Of a DNA stretch of 44,117 nt, positions 1 to 9,054 are shown piece by piece. The notes under the pieces were generated by a model. The model ran no database searches. It was given only the letters and a program-made list of their open reading frames with translations, and was not told the origin of the DNA. Made by a program: the position numbers and the translations under genes. This DNA comes from Candidatus Tayloriibacteriota bacterium (GTDB lineage Bacteria; Patescibacteriota; Minisyncoccia; Phycocordibacterales; PALSA-1337): the NCBI GenBank assembly GCA_003151615.1, contig PLXZ01000004.1:1-44117 (forward strand), written 5' to 3'. Positions within the stretch are counted from its first letter, which is position 1; every line of letters begins with the position of its first letter.

Positions 1-130
1 CTCACCGCCCGTCAACTCAAGGGAGTTGGGAGTGCCCGAAGTCCGTCTTTATGGCGGCCTAAGGCAAGCTCAATGACAGGGAGTAAGTCGTAACAAGGCA
101 CGGGTAGCGGAAGCTGCTCGTGGATTATTT
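1..130 (+). rRNA. rrs: 16S rRNA, 3' end (partial, truncated by window start)
   Basis: Conserved CACCGCCCGTCA (3-14), GTAAGTCGTAACAAGG (83-98) and helix 45 CACGGGTAGC-GGAA-GCTGCTCGTG (99-122). Ends GGATTATTTT rather than GGATCACCTCC. Exact 3' end uncertain. Confidence 0.95.
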
Positions 131-429
131 CAAATTGATCAAACGATGTGCCCAGAATTTATTCTGAAGCCATCTTACCGAGTCGATTGTTTAGCATTCG
201 CAAGAGTGTTAAACCACAGTAATTGTTCTCAACTGCAAATGGAACACTCAGTCCGCGAGAGAAAGGACAAAGGAGGGTGCCACCTTAAGAGGCCCTCTCC
301 GGTGAACGGAACAAAATAAAGGATATTAAAGCAATAGCAAGCATAAGCAAAAACGGCGGAAATGCCGTCAAAAAGTCATCCACAGGGGTGGCTTTTTGTT
401 TTATCGCGGTAAGGTGTTATAATTTTGTC

Positions 430-1239
430 ATGAAAACTAAAAACAATAGCGTATTGAATATGGTGAAAGTTTTATCCCTCTCCGTTCTCCTCGCCGCCGG
501 CGTCAGCTACATATTCGCCTGGACTGGTCCTTCGACCACGCCGCCGGGCGGGAATGTCGCGGCGCCTCTCAATGTCGCCACATCATCTCAGACCAAAATG
601 GGTCCTCTTATCGTCAATTACGCCAACCTCTTTTCACCGGCGTTGGAACTTCTTGGTCCGATCCAAATCGTTGATGGCACGCAGGCTTCCGGTTCGGTTC
701 TAACGTCCGACGCCAACGGTATAGGACATTGGGCTACGAGTACGTTGAGTGAAGGAAATTTACAATATGTAGCGACCACCCCAACAGAGATATTCGGGCG
801 AGGCTTTAAGATGGGAGATCAGGCAAACGACGGAAGTCCTTCAGTCTACGCTTTTCCCGCTGAATATTTTGACTCAAATTCTACCTACACCAATGAAGGA
901 AGCTACGTAACGGTAAATTATCCAACAGGCATACCCTCAAACGCAACTGCGCTAGAGGTTAAATTTTTTGCCTATAGTAACGGTGGTTCGTATAGTTCTA
1001 CATGGGACTCTCCCACAACTCAGTTGTGGGTCAAAGCAAGTAACATGCCAGAAACTGTGGTAGTCAGCGCACACGATGCCATACAAGACTCTAATGCTGA
1101 TTCAGAAACCAATACAATGCTTATCCCATACTCTTCTGACAGACAAGTTCAATTTAAATGGAACACTAGCGCTAGTGCGAGTGGCTCTGCAGATCCAGCG
1201 GCAGTTCGTGCTATAGTCGTTGGCTATATGGCTGGGTAG
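430..1239 (+). CDS. Secreted/surface protein with CPR-type N-terminus (signal/TM + WTGP...PPGGNV..PLNV) and variable C-terminal domain
   Basis: Hydrophobic N-terminus, Pro-rich motif, GSVLTSDANGIGHW fibre-like motif. ATG at 430 lies 6 nt after TGTTATAAT. Confidence 0.7.
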   Translation: MKTKNNSVLNMVKVLSLSVLLAAGVSYIFAWTGPSTTPPGGNVAAPLNVATSSQTKMGPLIVNYANLFSPALELLGPIQIVDGTQASGSVLTSDANGIGHWATSTLSEGNLQYVATTPTEIFGRGFKMGDQANDGSPSVYAFPAEYFDSNSTYTNEGSYVTVNYPTGIPSNATALEVKFFAYSNGGSYSSTWDSPTTQLWVKASNMPETVVVSAHDAIQDSNADSETNTMLIPYSSDRQVQFKWNTSASASGSADPAAVRAIVVGYMAG

Positions 1240-1562
1240 TGGTGACGGGGGCAGTAACTAGTCAGACATGGACGAATGAAACAGCGTCAAGACGATTTTA
1301 TACCAATTATACCAACACTACAGGTCAACCTATTGAAGTGAATGTTGCGATTGGTAACACCCCTAATTATGTGACATCGTATATAGATATTGCTGGAACA
1401 TATGTATTTGGCACCCCAGCGGGTACTAGCCCGGGAGCTACCGCAGTGATAGCGACCGTTCCGAATAATACGACTTATAGCGCAGGACTCATGAATGGCA
1501 CGTCATAACAGGGGCAGGGGACATTGAACGGAGCCGTCTCTTCGTGGGCTGAATTGCGATAA
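1239..1562 (+). pseudogene. Orphan tail-fibre-like C-terminal domain relic with in-frame TAA at 1506-1508
   Basis: SQTW...TASR...YTNTTGQPIEVNV motif. The same frame continues past the TAA as QGQGTLNGAVSSWAELR*, a typical end for this domain. No N-terminal export signal. Confidence 0.6.
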
Positions 1563-1623
1563 ACACCAAAAACCCTTCAAATAAGGCGTATAATAGCGTT
1601 TTTTTCTGTGCGATTGTTAGTCA

Positions 1624-1652
1624 TTGACTTAGTCAAGACTCTATGATATAAT
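1624..1652 (+). promoter_or_regulatory. Sigma70-type promoter with a palindrome over the -35
   Basis: TTGACT-17nt-TATAAT with TG extension. TTGACT-T-AGTCAA palindrome at 1624-1636. Confidence 0.65.
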
Positions 1653-1732
1653 GGAATCTGAAACAAAAGGTGGCTTGTGTCAACACAAGTTGACTGCCAC
1701 TTCAACAATTGAACAATTCCAATTAAAAAATT

Positions 1733-1954
1733 ATGAATGCAAACAACCTTAACGGTTATGGTGACGACCTTGCGGACACGACAGGCCTCATCAATCCGCC
1801 GCAACGGCGCGATGTGCACTATGTTCCTTTGATTGATTATCTCGGCCGATTCCTAGCCGGAATGACGCCGAGAAAGATCACCGTCGGAGCGATCGAGGTG
1901 CTTGGCGCGCTCGCCGCGCTGTGGTTGGCAATCAGCATCGGTTTCGCGGCGTAA
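1733..1954 (+). CDS. Small protein with C-terminal transmembrane helix
   Basis: 73 aa with hydrophobic C-terminus, between a strong promoter and a terminator. Confidence 0.6.
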   Translation: MNANNLNGYGDDLADTTGLINPPQRRDVHYVPLIDYLGRFLAGMTPRKITVGAIEVLGALAALWLAISIGFAA

Positions 1955-1969
1955 ATCGCCTGTGAAGCC

Positions 1970-2001
1970 AAAAGGCGCTTGGAAAACCGAGCGCCTTTTT
2001 T
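1970..2001. terminator. Intrinsic terminator (bidirectional form)
   Basis: AAAAGGCGCTTGG-AAAA-CCGAGCGCCTTTTTT. Confidence 0.75.
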
Positions 2002-2031
2002 GTTTCATGGCGTTGTGTATAATGTCGAAAC

Positions 2032-2113
2032 GAGCATGTGGCGGAACTGGTATACGCGTACGCTTCAGGAGCGTATGGGGCAACCCTTGGAGGTTCGAGT
2101 CCTCTCATGCTCA
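2032..2113 (+). tRNA. tRNA-Leu(CAG)
   Basis: Acceptor GAGCATG/CATGCTC, anticodon arm TACGC-TTCAGGA-GCGTA, variable arm, GGTTCGAGTCC T-arm. CCA not encoded. Confidence 0.95.
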
Positions 2114-2203
2114 CTCGAATGTAATTTCGATGTAAATTGCAGTTTGAGCTTCTTTCTGCTATATTTTGGCATACGTTTCTTTCACGGTTTTCGCCTTTTT
2201 GAT

Positions 2204-2276
2204 GCGCGCGTAGCTCAGTTGGTAGAGCACGCCACTGATACTGGCGGGGTCCCAGGTTCGAATCCTGGCGCGCGCA
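2204..2276 (+). tRNA. tRNA-Ile(GAT)
   Basis: GCGCGCG/CGCGCGC acceptor, CGCCA-CTGATAC-TGGCG anticodon arm, GGTTCGAATCC, A73. Confidence 0.9.
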
Positions 2277-2409
2277 CCCTGTTCAATACTTAACCCAAAT
2301 TCCCGGATTAAAACCGGCGGTGGATAACCCGTTCCACACGGATTTCCGGCAAATGCTATAATTTAAGGCGTAGAAGTACATTCTTATTATTATTTAATTT
2401 TCTTATAGT

Positions 2410-2664
2410 ATGAAAGCAACACATGTTATCGCGTACATCCTCCTTATTATCGGAGGATTGAATTGGGGTATTCTTGGTATCGCGTATTTTTTCGGATCAA
2501 GTTTGAATGTGGTTCAATGGATTTTCGGTTCATGGCCGTGGCTTTTGAACGTCGTTTACATTCTCGTCGGTATTGCGGCGGTTATGTCATTCGGTTGTCA
2601 CAAGAAAAACTGCAAAATGTGCACAGGTTCGTCGTCCGCTTCCGCAGGAGGACAACAGATGTAA
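2410..2664 (+). CDS. DUF378 family small membrane protein
   Basis: LLIIGGLNWG...VYILVGIAA motif. Confidence 0.85.
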   Translation: MKATHVIAYILLIIGGLNWGILGIAYFFGSSLNVVQWIFGSWPWLLNVVYILVGIAAVMSFGCHKKNCKMCTGSSSASAGGQQM

Positions 2665-2694
2665 TCGCGATTTGATTTTTTCTGTGGTTCGCAC

Positions 2695-2722
2695 AAAAAA
2701 AACCGTCTTGTGGCGGTTTTTT
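2695..2722. terminator. Bidirectional terminator between DUF378 and recG
   Basis: A-tract, CCGTC-TTGT-GGCGG hairpin, T-tract, between convergent genes. Confidence 0.7.
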
Positions 2723-2744
2723 GTTGGGGCGCGTATGACTGTTT

Positions 2745-5078
2745 TTATTCAAAATGCGGAGTGTCGCTGTCTTTTTTGCGCGAAGCAAGATGTGCGGCGA
2801 TAATGGGGAAGTTGGCTGCGAGATTCGGCATGATTGCGTGGGCTTCATTCCGTGCGGCTTCCACCATTTTAATATTTTTGAGGGCTTCCATGGCGATGTC
2901 GGAAATGCCCCATTGTTTGCCGCCCGCGAGTACGCCGGCTCCGCGTTGCTGGAGATCGAATTCGGCGAGCTCGAAACCGTTTTTGGCGGCGGTCAGGGCT
3001 TTCAGCCGTTCGATCGTTTTCTCGCTCGGTTTATGGGTCGTCACGCCGTCGCCGGTGAAAACGTAGCAGTATGCCTGATGTGTTCCGCGGATGACGCGCC
3101 CGCGCAATTGATGCAATTGCGCAAGGCCGAAACGTTCGCTTCCTTCAATGACGATGATTGTCGCGTTCGGAACATTGACGCCGACTTCGACGACGGAGGT
3201 CGCGCAGAGAATGTCGATTGAGCCTGCTTTAAAATCGAGCATCACTTTTTCCTTTTCATCGGGCTTCATTTTGCTGTGAAGAATGCCGATTTCATATTCG
3301 GGGAATACGCGGTCTTTCAGGCGCTTTGCTTCTTCAACGACTGATTTTGCGTTGACGGCCATTTCCTTGGTTGGGTCCGGTTCATCGATGCGCGGACAGA
3401 TTATATATGCCTGGCGGCCGGCTGCCATTTCCGCGTGGATTTTTTCATATGTTGATTCACGTTTGTCCGGCGTGACAATTTCGGTGATGATCGGCTTGCG
3501 GCCCGACGGCATAACGTCGATTAACGTAAGGTCTAGGTCGCCGTATATGGTCAGCGCCAGCGTGCGGGGAATTGGCGTCGCTGTCATTGAGAGAAGATGG
3601 GGAACCGGCTGGATAGTTTTTTCCGGCTGAACCCCGAATGTTTTACCTGTTTGTACTGCGGCTTCCTTGCGGATGAGCTCGGCACGCTGATTGGTGCCGA
3701 AACGATGCTGTTCGTCGATGATTGCGAGTGCCAGATTTTTAAATTTGACTGATTTTTGGATGAGGGCGTGCGTGCCGATCAAAACGTGGATTTCGCCGTT
3801 CGCCACCCACTTCAATAATTGCGTGCGGGAAATGTCCGTCCAGCCTTTCGGATTTATTTTCGAAGGGAATTTTCGGCAGCCGTTTCCGGTGATGAGGCCG
3901 ATCTGAATGCCGAGGTATGCGAAATAGCCGATGAACGATTCGAAGTGTTGCGTCGCCAAAATTTCCGTCGGGCACATGTAGGCGACTTGCAGCTGTCTTT
4001 TGCGGTTGGCGACTACGGCATAGACCGCCGCCGCTGCGACGGCCGTTTTTCCGGAACCGACGTCGCCCTCGAGAAGTCGCGCCATCGCGTGGCCTTCATT
4101 GAAATCCCGCATGATTGCCTCGATGGCTTTCATCTGTGCCTCGGTCGGGGTGAACGGAAAGTGTTTTATAAAGTCGAGCACACTGCCGGCGTTTTGGATT
4201 TTTTCGTCGATTTTCGTTTCGATTTTCCACGCGGGATTTTGCTCGTATTCGCGCCGGGCCAATTGCTTCTCGAGCTGGATGAAGAAAATTTCCTCGAAGG
4301 CGAAGCGTTTTCGTGCGGATTCCGCGAGCGCCAGTTTCGTCGGCGTATGTACCCAGATGAGCGCGGTTTTCAATCCCGGCAAATTGTATTTTTTGAGCAT
4401 TTCCTCCGGAATCGGGTCGACGAGAGCGTCGAGCAATCCGCTTCGAAAAATACCGATGATTTTATGGTACATCCAGTTTGAGGTAATGCCGCGCGATTCG
4501 GGGTAGACGGGATATAGGTTGTGAGCCGCGGAATTCGCCGCATCATCGGCATTGCCGGAAGAAGCGAACAGCGAATCGCCGACGCCGGTCGGTATCGTGT
4601 TTACGACTTCCAGTTTTGGGTTGGAAAAATAGAGTTCCGGCGTTTTGTCCTTGTCCGCGAGATTTTTTTTGCGGCGTTGCGAAACCCTGCCTTCAATTCG
4701 AACGAGCGCGCCTTCCGGCGTCATTTTGGCGAGATACGGCTGGTTGAACCAGACGCATTGGATTTTGCCGCTCTCGTCGATGACAGTCGCGGTGGCCATG
4801 GTCATTCTGCTTTTGAAGCCTTTGCCGGCTTTCAGATTCGTGATTTTCCCGAAGATAACTGCGGCTTCACCCGCCTCGAGCAAACCGATATTTTTCATCT
4901 CCGAAATGTCGCCGTAACGCGCGGGGAAATGATAAAGGAGGTCGCCCACGGTGGTTAGCCCTAGTTTTTTCAGGGCTTTTATGTGCGACTCGTCCAGTCG
5001 TCCGGTTTTCGCGATCGGTGTGTCGAGTTGCAGACGTGGACGTTGTGAAGATTGCTGTGAAAATTGCGGCGAGGGCAT
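2745..5078 (-). CDS. recG: ATP-dependent DNA helicase RecG
   Basis: GDVGSGKT, DEQHRFG, MTATPIPRTL, ERFGLAQLHQLRGRV motifs and OB/wedge domain. Confidence 0.97.
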   Translation of the reverse strand: MPSPQFSQQSSQRPRLQLDTPIAKTGRLDESHIKALKKLGLTTVGDLLYHFPARYGDISEMKNIGLLEAGEAAVIFGKITNLKAGKGFKSRMTMATATVIDESGKIQCVWFNQPYLAKMTPEGALVRIEGRVSQRRKKNLADKDKTPELYFSNPKLEVVNTIPTGVGDSLFASSGNADDAANSAAHNLYPVYPESRGITSNWMYHKIIGIFRSGLLDALVDPIPEEMLKKYNLPGLKTALIWVHTPTKLALAESARKRFAFEEIFFIQLEKQLARREYEQNPAWKIETKIDEKIQNAGSVLDFIKHFPFTPTEAQMKAIEAIMRDFNEGHAMARLLEGDVGSGKTAVAAAAVYAVVANRKRQLQVAYMCPTEILATQHFESFIGYFAYLGIQIGLITGNGCRKFPSKINPKGWTDISRTQLLKWVANGEIHVLIGTHALIQKSVKFKNLALAIIDEQHRFGTNQRAELIRKEAAVQTGKTFGVQPEKTIQPVPHLLSMTATPIPRTLALTIYGDLDLTLIDVMPSGRKPIITEIVTPDKRESTYEKIHAEMAAGRQAYIICPRIDEPDPTKEMAVNAKSVVEEAKRLKDRVFPEYEIGILHSKMKPDEKEKVMLDFKAGSIDILCATSVVEVGVNVPNATIIVIEGSERFGLAQLHQLRGRVIRGTHQAYCYVFTGDGVTTHKPSEKTIERLKALTAAKNGFELAEFDLQQRGAGVLAGGKQWGISDIAMEALKNIKMVEAARNEAHAIMPNLAANFPIIAAHLASRKKDSDTPHFE

Positions 5079-5187
5079 GCGGGAATTGTACGATATATAC
5101 TGCGGATTTGCGACCTTTTTGGCGGTGTGGCGCGCGCGTATGTGCGCGGGAGGGGGAGTGGAAGTGCGTTTTTATTTCATTTTTTGC

Positions 5188-5261
5188 AAATGAGAATGAA
5201 GTTGTTCCTCTCCACGATTTTAAGCCATATTTTTTTGATCAGAACAGCTTCATTCTCATTT
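5188..5261. repeat. 20-bp inverted repeat (1 mismatch) with 34-nt spacer
   Basis: AAATGAGAATGAAGTTGTTC (5188-5207) / GAACAGCTTCATTCTCATTT (5242-5261). Confidence 0.8.
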
Positions 5262-5303
5262 AGAAAAACAGGAAGAAAAGAGATTATCCGCCGCCGCCAG
5301 CCA

Positions 5304-6164
5304 TTATCGAATCGAAATTTTTCGGCTGATTTTATCCTTCATCAAAAAGCCTTCTTTAGTCAAGTCGGCGATATTTTTATCAATTTGTTTTGTATTGTAG
5401 CGCGAACCGGCGGCTGTTCCCGAAAATTTTCGTCCGATTTCGGCGACACTTCGGCCTGACGGCTTTTCCATGACGAACCGCAGTATGTACGAACGCAATT
5501 GGCGATTGGACCCCTCGAATTTTTGTTGGCGTATATGGTGTACACTCCGTCGGGAAGGGTTCGGGAGCGTGCGTTTCAAATTCGAACCATAATCCATGAG
5601 GGCGTAGTACCATTCACGCGGATTTTTCAGGTCGAGTGACTTTTTAATGAACGGCGTCAGCTGATCGTCGCTGATTTTTTTGCAGGCTTTACGGCCGAAA
5701 GCGCGCTCGGTTTCGGGAAAGAAAAAGTGAATGTAGACGCTGCGGATGTTTGTTTCAATGAATGCCCGCGGGATATTGAAAGCGAAAGCCAAAATCGAGC
5801 CGGCCGTGTTCGGGCCGATACCCGGCAGTTCGGCCAATTCTTCATATGTTTTCGGCAGCTTGCCGCCGTATTTTTCGGTGACGATTTTAGCCAGTCTCTG
5901 TAAATTCAGTCCGCGGCGGTTGTAGCCGAGGCCTTGCCATTCGCGGAGGACTTCAATCGTGGGTGCTTTTGCGAGCGCAGCAAAATTCGGGAACTTTTTC
6001 AGGAACGGATTGAATTTATGCGCGACCCGCGTCACCTGCGTCTGCTGCAGCATCATTTCGGAGACAACGACTTCATAGGGAGTCGGCTTGTTGCGCCACG
6101 GGAGACTGCGCCCGTTGTGCGCATAATAGTCCCGTATTTTTTTGGATAAGGCGGCTATGGTCAT
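5304..6164 (-). CDS. mutY: A/G-specific adenine glycosylase (MutY-like, HhH-GPD)
   Basis: LPWR...VSEMMLQQTQV, WQGLGYNRR, LPGIGPNTA. The usual Fe-S Cys cluster is not seen. Confidence 0.85.
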   Translation of the reverse strand: MTIAALSKKIRDYYAHNGRSLPWRNKPTPYEVVVSEMMLQQTQVTRVAHKFNPFLKKFPNFAALAKAPTIEVLREWQGLGYNRRGLNLQRLAKIVTEKYGGKLPKTYEELAELPGIGPNTAGSILAFAFNIPRAFIETNIRSVYIHFFFPETERAFGRKACKKISDDQLTPFIKKSLDLKNPREWYYALMDYGSNLKRTLPNPSRRSVHHIRQQKFEGSNRQLRSYILRFVMEKPSGRSVAEIGRKFSGTAAGSRYNTKQIDKNIADLTKEGFLMKDKISRKISIR

Positions 6165-6207
6165 TTGTGCATAATACTATTGTATGGCAAAATGCCAAAG
6201 CGAGTTT

Positions 6208-6298
6208 GGAGGGGTGTCAGAGCGGTCGAATGAGCTTCTTTGCTAAAGAAGTAAGCCCTTTAAAGGCTTCGCGGGTTCGAATCCCGCCCCTTCCGCCA
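6208..6298 (+). tRNA. tRNA-Ser(GCT)
   Basis: GGAGGGG/CCCTTCC acceptor, CTTCT-TTGCTAA-AGAAG, long variable arm, G73, encoded CCA. Confidence 0.95.
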
Positions 6299-6351
6299 AC
6301 ACGAGTTAGCTCGAGTATTAAGAGGCAGTCGAGCGCTCGAGATTACAACAT

Positions 6352-6696
6352 ATGATTGCAAAAAATAATGATTTTGGAGTTCTATTTTGGATCCACCTTA
6401 TTTTAATAATTTTTGCGTATCTTTCTCCCATTTGGCTTGATTGGAAAATCATACTCGTAGTTGTAATAGGATTACAAATGTACTATTCAATAAGAGGTGG
6501 TTGCGATATTACTTTCTGGCAATTTGGTGACGATACTAATACGACGTTTGTTTGGTTCTATCTCAGAAAAATATTTCCCAAATTAGATCAAAGGAAGACT
6601 AAATTTTTTGTGAGGATAATTTTGCCCACATTATTGGTAGCTATTTCTTTTTTGACCCAATATTTTTATGGTTATAATCCATATGTGAGTTTCTAG
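6352..6696 (+). CDS. Hypothetical membrane protein (AT-rich)
   Basis: 114 aa, several hydrophobic helices, visibly lower GC than flanks. Confidence 0.7.
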   Translation: MIAKNNDFGVLFWIHLILIIFAYLSPIWLDWKIILVVVIGLQMYYSIRGGCDITFWQFGDDTNTTFVWFYLRKIFPKLDQRKTKFFVRIILPTLLVAISFLTQYFYGYNPYVSF

Positions 6697-6808
6697 CCTG
6701 CTCTAGACGCGGCGATGTGATATCATAAAAAGTGTTCCAAAAGCCTTATGGCGCAATGAACCAAAAGGTTCTAACTCGAGACGGCCCGCCAGTTTTTATT
6801 AGATATAA

Positions 6809-7600
6809 ATGATCGAAGTAAAAGAGAAATATAAAAATTATCTGAACACTCGCGAAGGAGCTGATACGTATAATCGTTTCAAGGAGATTCTTTATGGCAC
6901 GCCAGATACATTGGTTTTACGTCTTGCCGATAGAATTATGTCTCATGTACACAGGAAGAAATTGAGTATTCTTGATGTGGGTGGTGGAGATGGTAAGCGC
7001 TTAATTTTACTCATTGACTTGCTCCATTCAAAAGGGATTGAATGCTCAGCGACACTTGTCGACCAGTCTGGAATTTTTATCAATGATTTTGATGCAACGG
7101 ATAATTTTACCGCAAATATCCAAGCGGTTCATTCTACTTTTGAAGCATTCGAGTCATCACAGAAATACGATTTGGTATTGCTTATCCATAGTATTTTTAC
7201 ATTCGAAGATTCATTCTATGTGGATAAGATTAAAAATCTCTTGAATCCTCAAGGGATTGCGATCATTGTCGCGGATACCTCTGATTCGTTTCTTGCAGGC
7301 CTCAAAGCAATTACCGACAGCTCATTTGGGACAGAAAGGAAAAATATTTTGTCCGTCGTCAAGGATTTTACCGATGTCGGCTTTATGGTTGAACAAGAGA
7401 TGTCAGACACATGTTATGGCGACTGTTTATCTGACGGAGCATTGAACGATAATGGCAAACTAATTCTTCGTTGGATAGCTCTCCGCGATTGGAGTGATAT
7501 TCCTCCTGCTATCGTAGATATGGCAACCAAGCTTTTTATCGATAAAAGTAATGGCGGCAAGATCTGCGACAAGGAATGTTTTGTTTATGCTAGTCTATAG
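6809..7600 (+). CDS. Class I SAM-dependent methyltransferase
   Basis: ILDVGGGDG motif I and YDLVLLIHS motif. AT-rich. Confidence 0.85.
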   Translation: MIEVKEKYKNYLNTREGADTYNRFKEILYGTPDTLVLRLADRIMSHVHRKKLSILDVGGGDGKRLILLIDLLHSKGIECSATLVDQSGIFINDFDATDNFTANIQAVHSTFEAFESSQKYDLVLLIHSIFTFEDSFYVDKIKNLLNPQGIAIIVADTSDSFLAGLKAITDSSFGTERKNILSVVKDFTDVGFMVEQEMSDTCYGDCLSDGALNDNGKLILRWIALRDWSDIPPAIVDMATKLFIDKSNGGKICDKECFVYASL

Positions 7601-7617
7601 TCAGTGGGAATTGACCC

Positions 7618-7989
7618 CTATTTCTTTTCCTTCCTCCGGTGAATCATGATCTGATTTCCGTCGGGGTCTTCGATAAGAATCATATTGCAAGCGGGACCGT
7701 CATACGCGTCCATCAAAAATTTTACTTTTTTCGATTTCAGTTCCTTCACCGCACCGTCAAAGTCAACGACTTCCAACGCAACGGTTCCGCCCATTTTGCC
7801 GGGCTTGAAATTCGGAGCGCCTTTGCCGATGGCCAGGGTGTTCGGTCCAATTTCATATTCGATAAAAGCGGAATCCGCACCCTCCCATACGTTAATGGTT
7901 TTCAAACCTAAAACGCCCTCGTAAAAAGCACGGGCCCGAGGCACATCCGTGGTCGCATATGCGACGAAAGAAAATTCTTTGAATGTCAT
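7618..7989 (-). CDS. VOC/glyoxalase family protein
   Basis: DVPRARAFYEGVLGL and EDPDGNQI motifs. Confidence 0.9.
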   Translation of the reverse strand: MTFKEFSFVAYATTDVPRARAFYEGVLGLKTINVWEGADSAFIEYEIGPNTLAIGKGAPNFKPGKMGGTVALEVVDFDGAVKELKSKKVKFLMDAYDGPACNMILIEDPDGNQIMIHRRKEKK

Positions 7990-8025
7990 GGTAGTTCCAT
8001 TATATAACGTGCTAAACTAATTGTC

Positions 8026-9045
8026 ATGACACGTCAGGGAAAAATTTTCAGCATTCTCCGTATCGCCTTTGGAATTGTGTGGGCGATAGACGCGGCATTC
8101 AAATGGATGCCCGCGTTTTTGAACGGCTTGCCCGATATGATAGGCGGGTCAATTGCCGATCAGCCGGTTTTGATTGCTAACGTGCTTACTCTTTGTCTGA
8201 AAATTATCAGCATCGAACCCCATTTTTTTGCCGTCCTCATCGCGCTCACCGAATCGGCCCTTGCCATCGGACTCATTCTCAATGTGTTTCCAAAAACCAT
8301 TTATACGTTTGGTTTTATTTATTCGCTTTTTGTCTGGGGCATTCCCGAAAGTTTTGGCGGACCCTATGCGGCCGGTTCAACCGACGTCGGCACAGGAATC
8401 ATTTACGCTTTTGTTTTTGCCGCTTTTTACTTTGAAAGATTTGGCGGAAAGAATGCCGCTCAAAATACGGCAATTGACGCGGCCAAAAAAATTGAAGCGG
8501 ATAAAAGTCACAGAAAGGACATGGCAATCAAGATCCTCATTCTGGTTGCCGTCATTTTGTTCGCGCTTCTCGTTTCGCCGTACATTATTATTCGCAACAA
8601 CAGCGCGCCGGTTGCCGATATGAATATGGGCCTAGGAAACAGTTCAAGCACATCGTCGGAAATGTCTATGTCGGCCATGCAACAGACATTTGAATTGGCG
8701 AGCAGTACTGCACCGGGGGGAATCATTGCTCCGGTTCCGACTATTTCATTTACTCTGACTAAAGACACTCTCGACGGCTGGGATTTGCATATCGACACAA
8801 CCAACTTCACATGGACTCCGCAGAATATAAATCAGGCTCCTGTTGCCGATCAGGGCCATGCTCATTTATATATAGATGGAAATCTCATTGTGCTTCTTGC
8901 CCCGTGGTATCACATCGAAAGCGCACTTCTGCCGCCGGGCACTCACACAGTCACTGTTTCGCTCAATGCCAATGATCACAGCGTATTTTCGTATCATAAT
9001 AAATACATTGAAGTGTCGCAGACTCTGGTGGTAGGGCAGATTTAA
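8026..9045 (+). CDS. DoxX/DoxD-like membrane domain fused to a His-containing putative metal-binding domain
   Basis: LRIAFGIVWAIDAAFKW N-terminus, Met-rich linker, GHAHLYIDG...LNANDH C-terminal motif. Confidence 0.55.
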   Translation: MTRQGKIFSILRIAFGIVWAIDAAFKWMPAFLNGLPDMIGGSIADQPVLIANVLTLCLKIISIEPHFFAVLIALTESALAIGLILNVFPKTIYTFGFIYSLFVWGIPESFGGPYAAGSTDVGTGIIYAFVFAAFYFERFGGKNAAQNTAIDAAKKIEADKSHRKDMAIKILILVAVILFALLVSPYIIIRNNSAPVADMNMGLGNSSSTSSEMSMSAMQQTFELASSTAPGGIIAPVPTISFTLTKDTLDGWDLHIDTTNFTWTPQNINQAPVADQGHAHLYIDGNLIVLLAPWYHIESALLPPGTHTVTVSLNANDHSVFSYHNKYIEVSQTLVVGQI

Positions 9046-9054
9046 TGCAAACAG

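Noticed and set aside
126-288. Intron splitting the 16S tail, rejoining GGAT to CACCTT at ~281
   Set aside because: No group I/II core recognised, and the joined product would still lack CCTCC.
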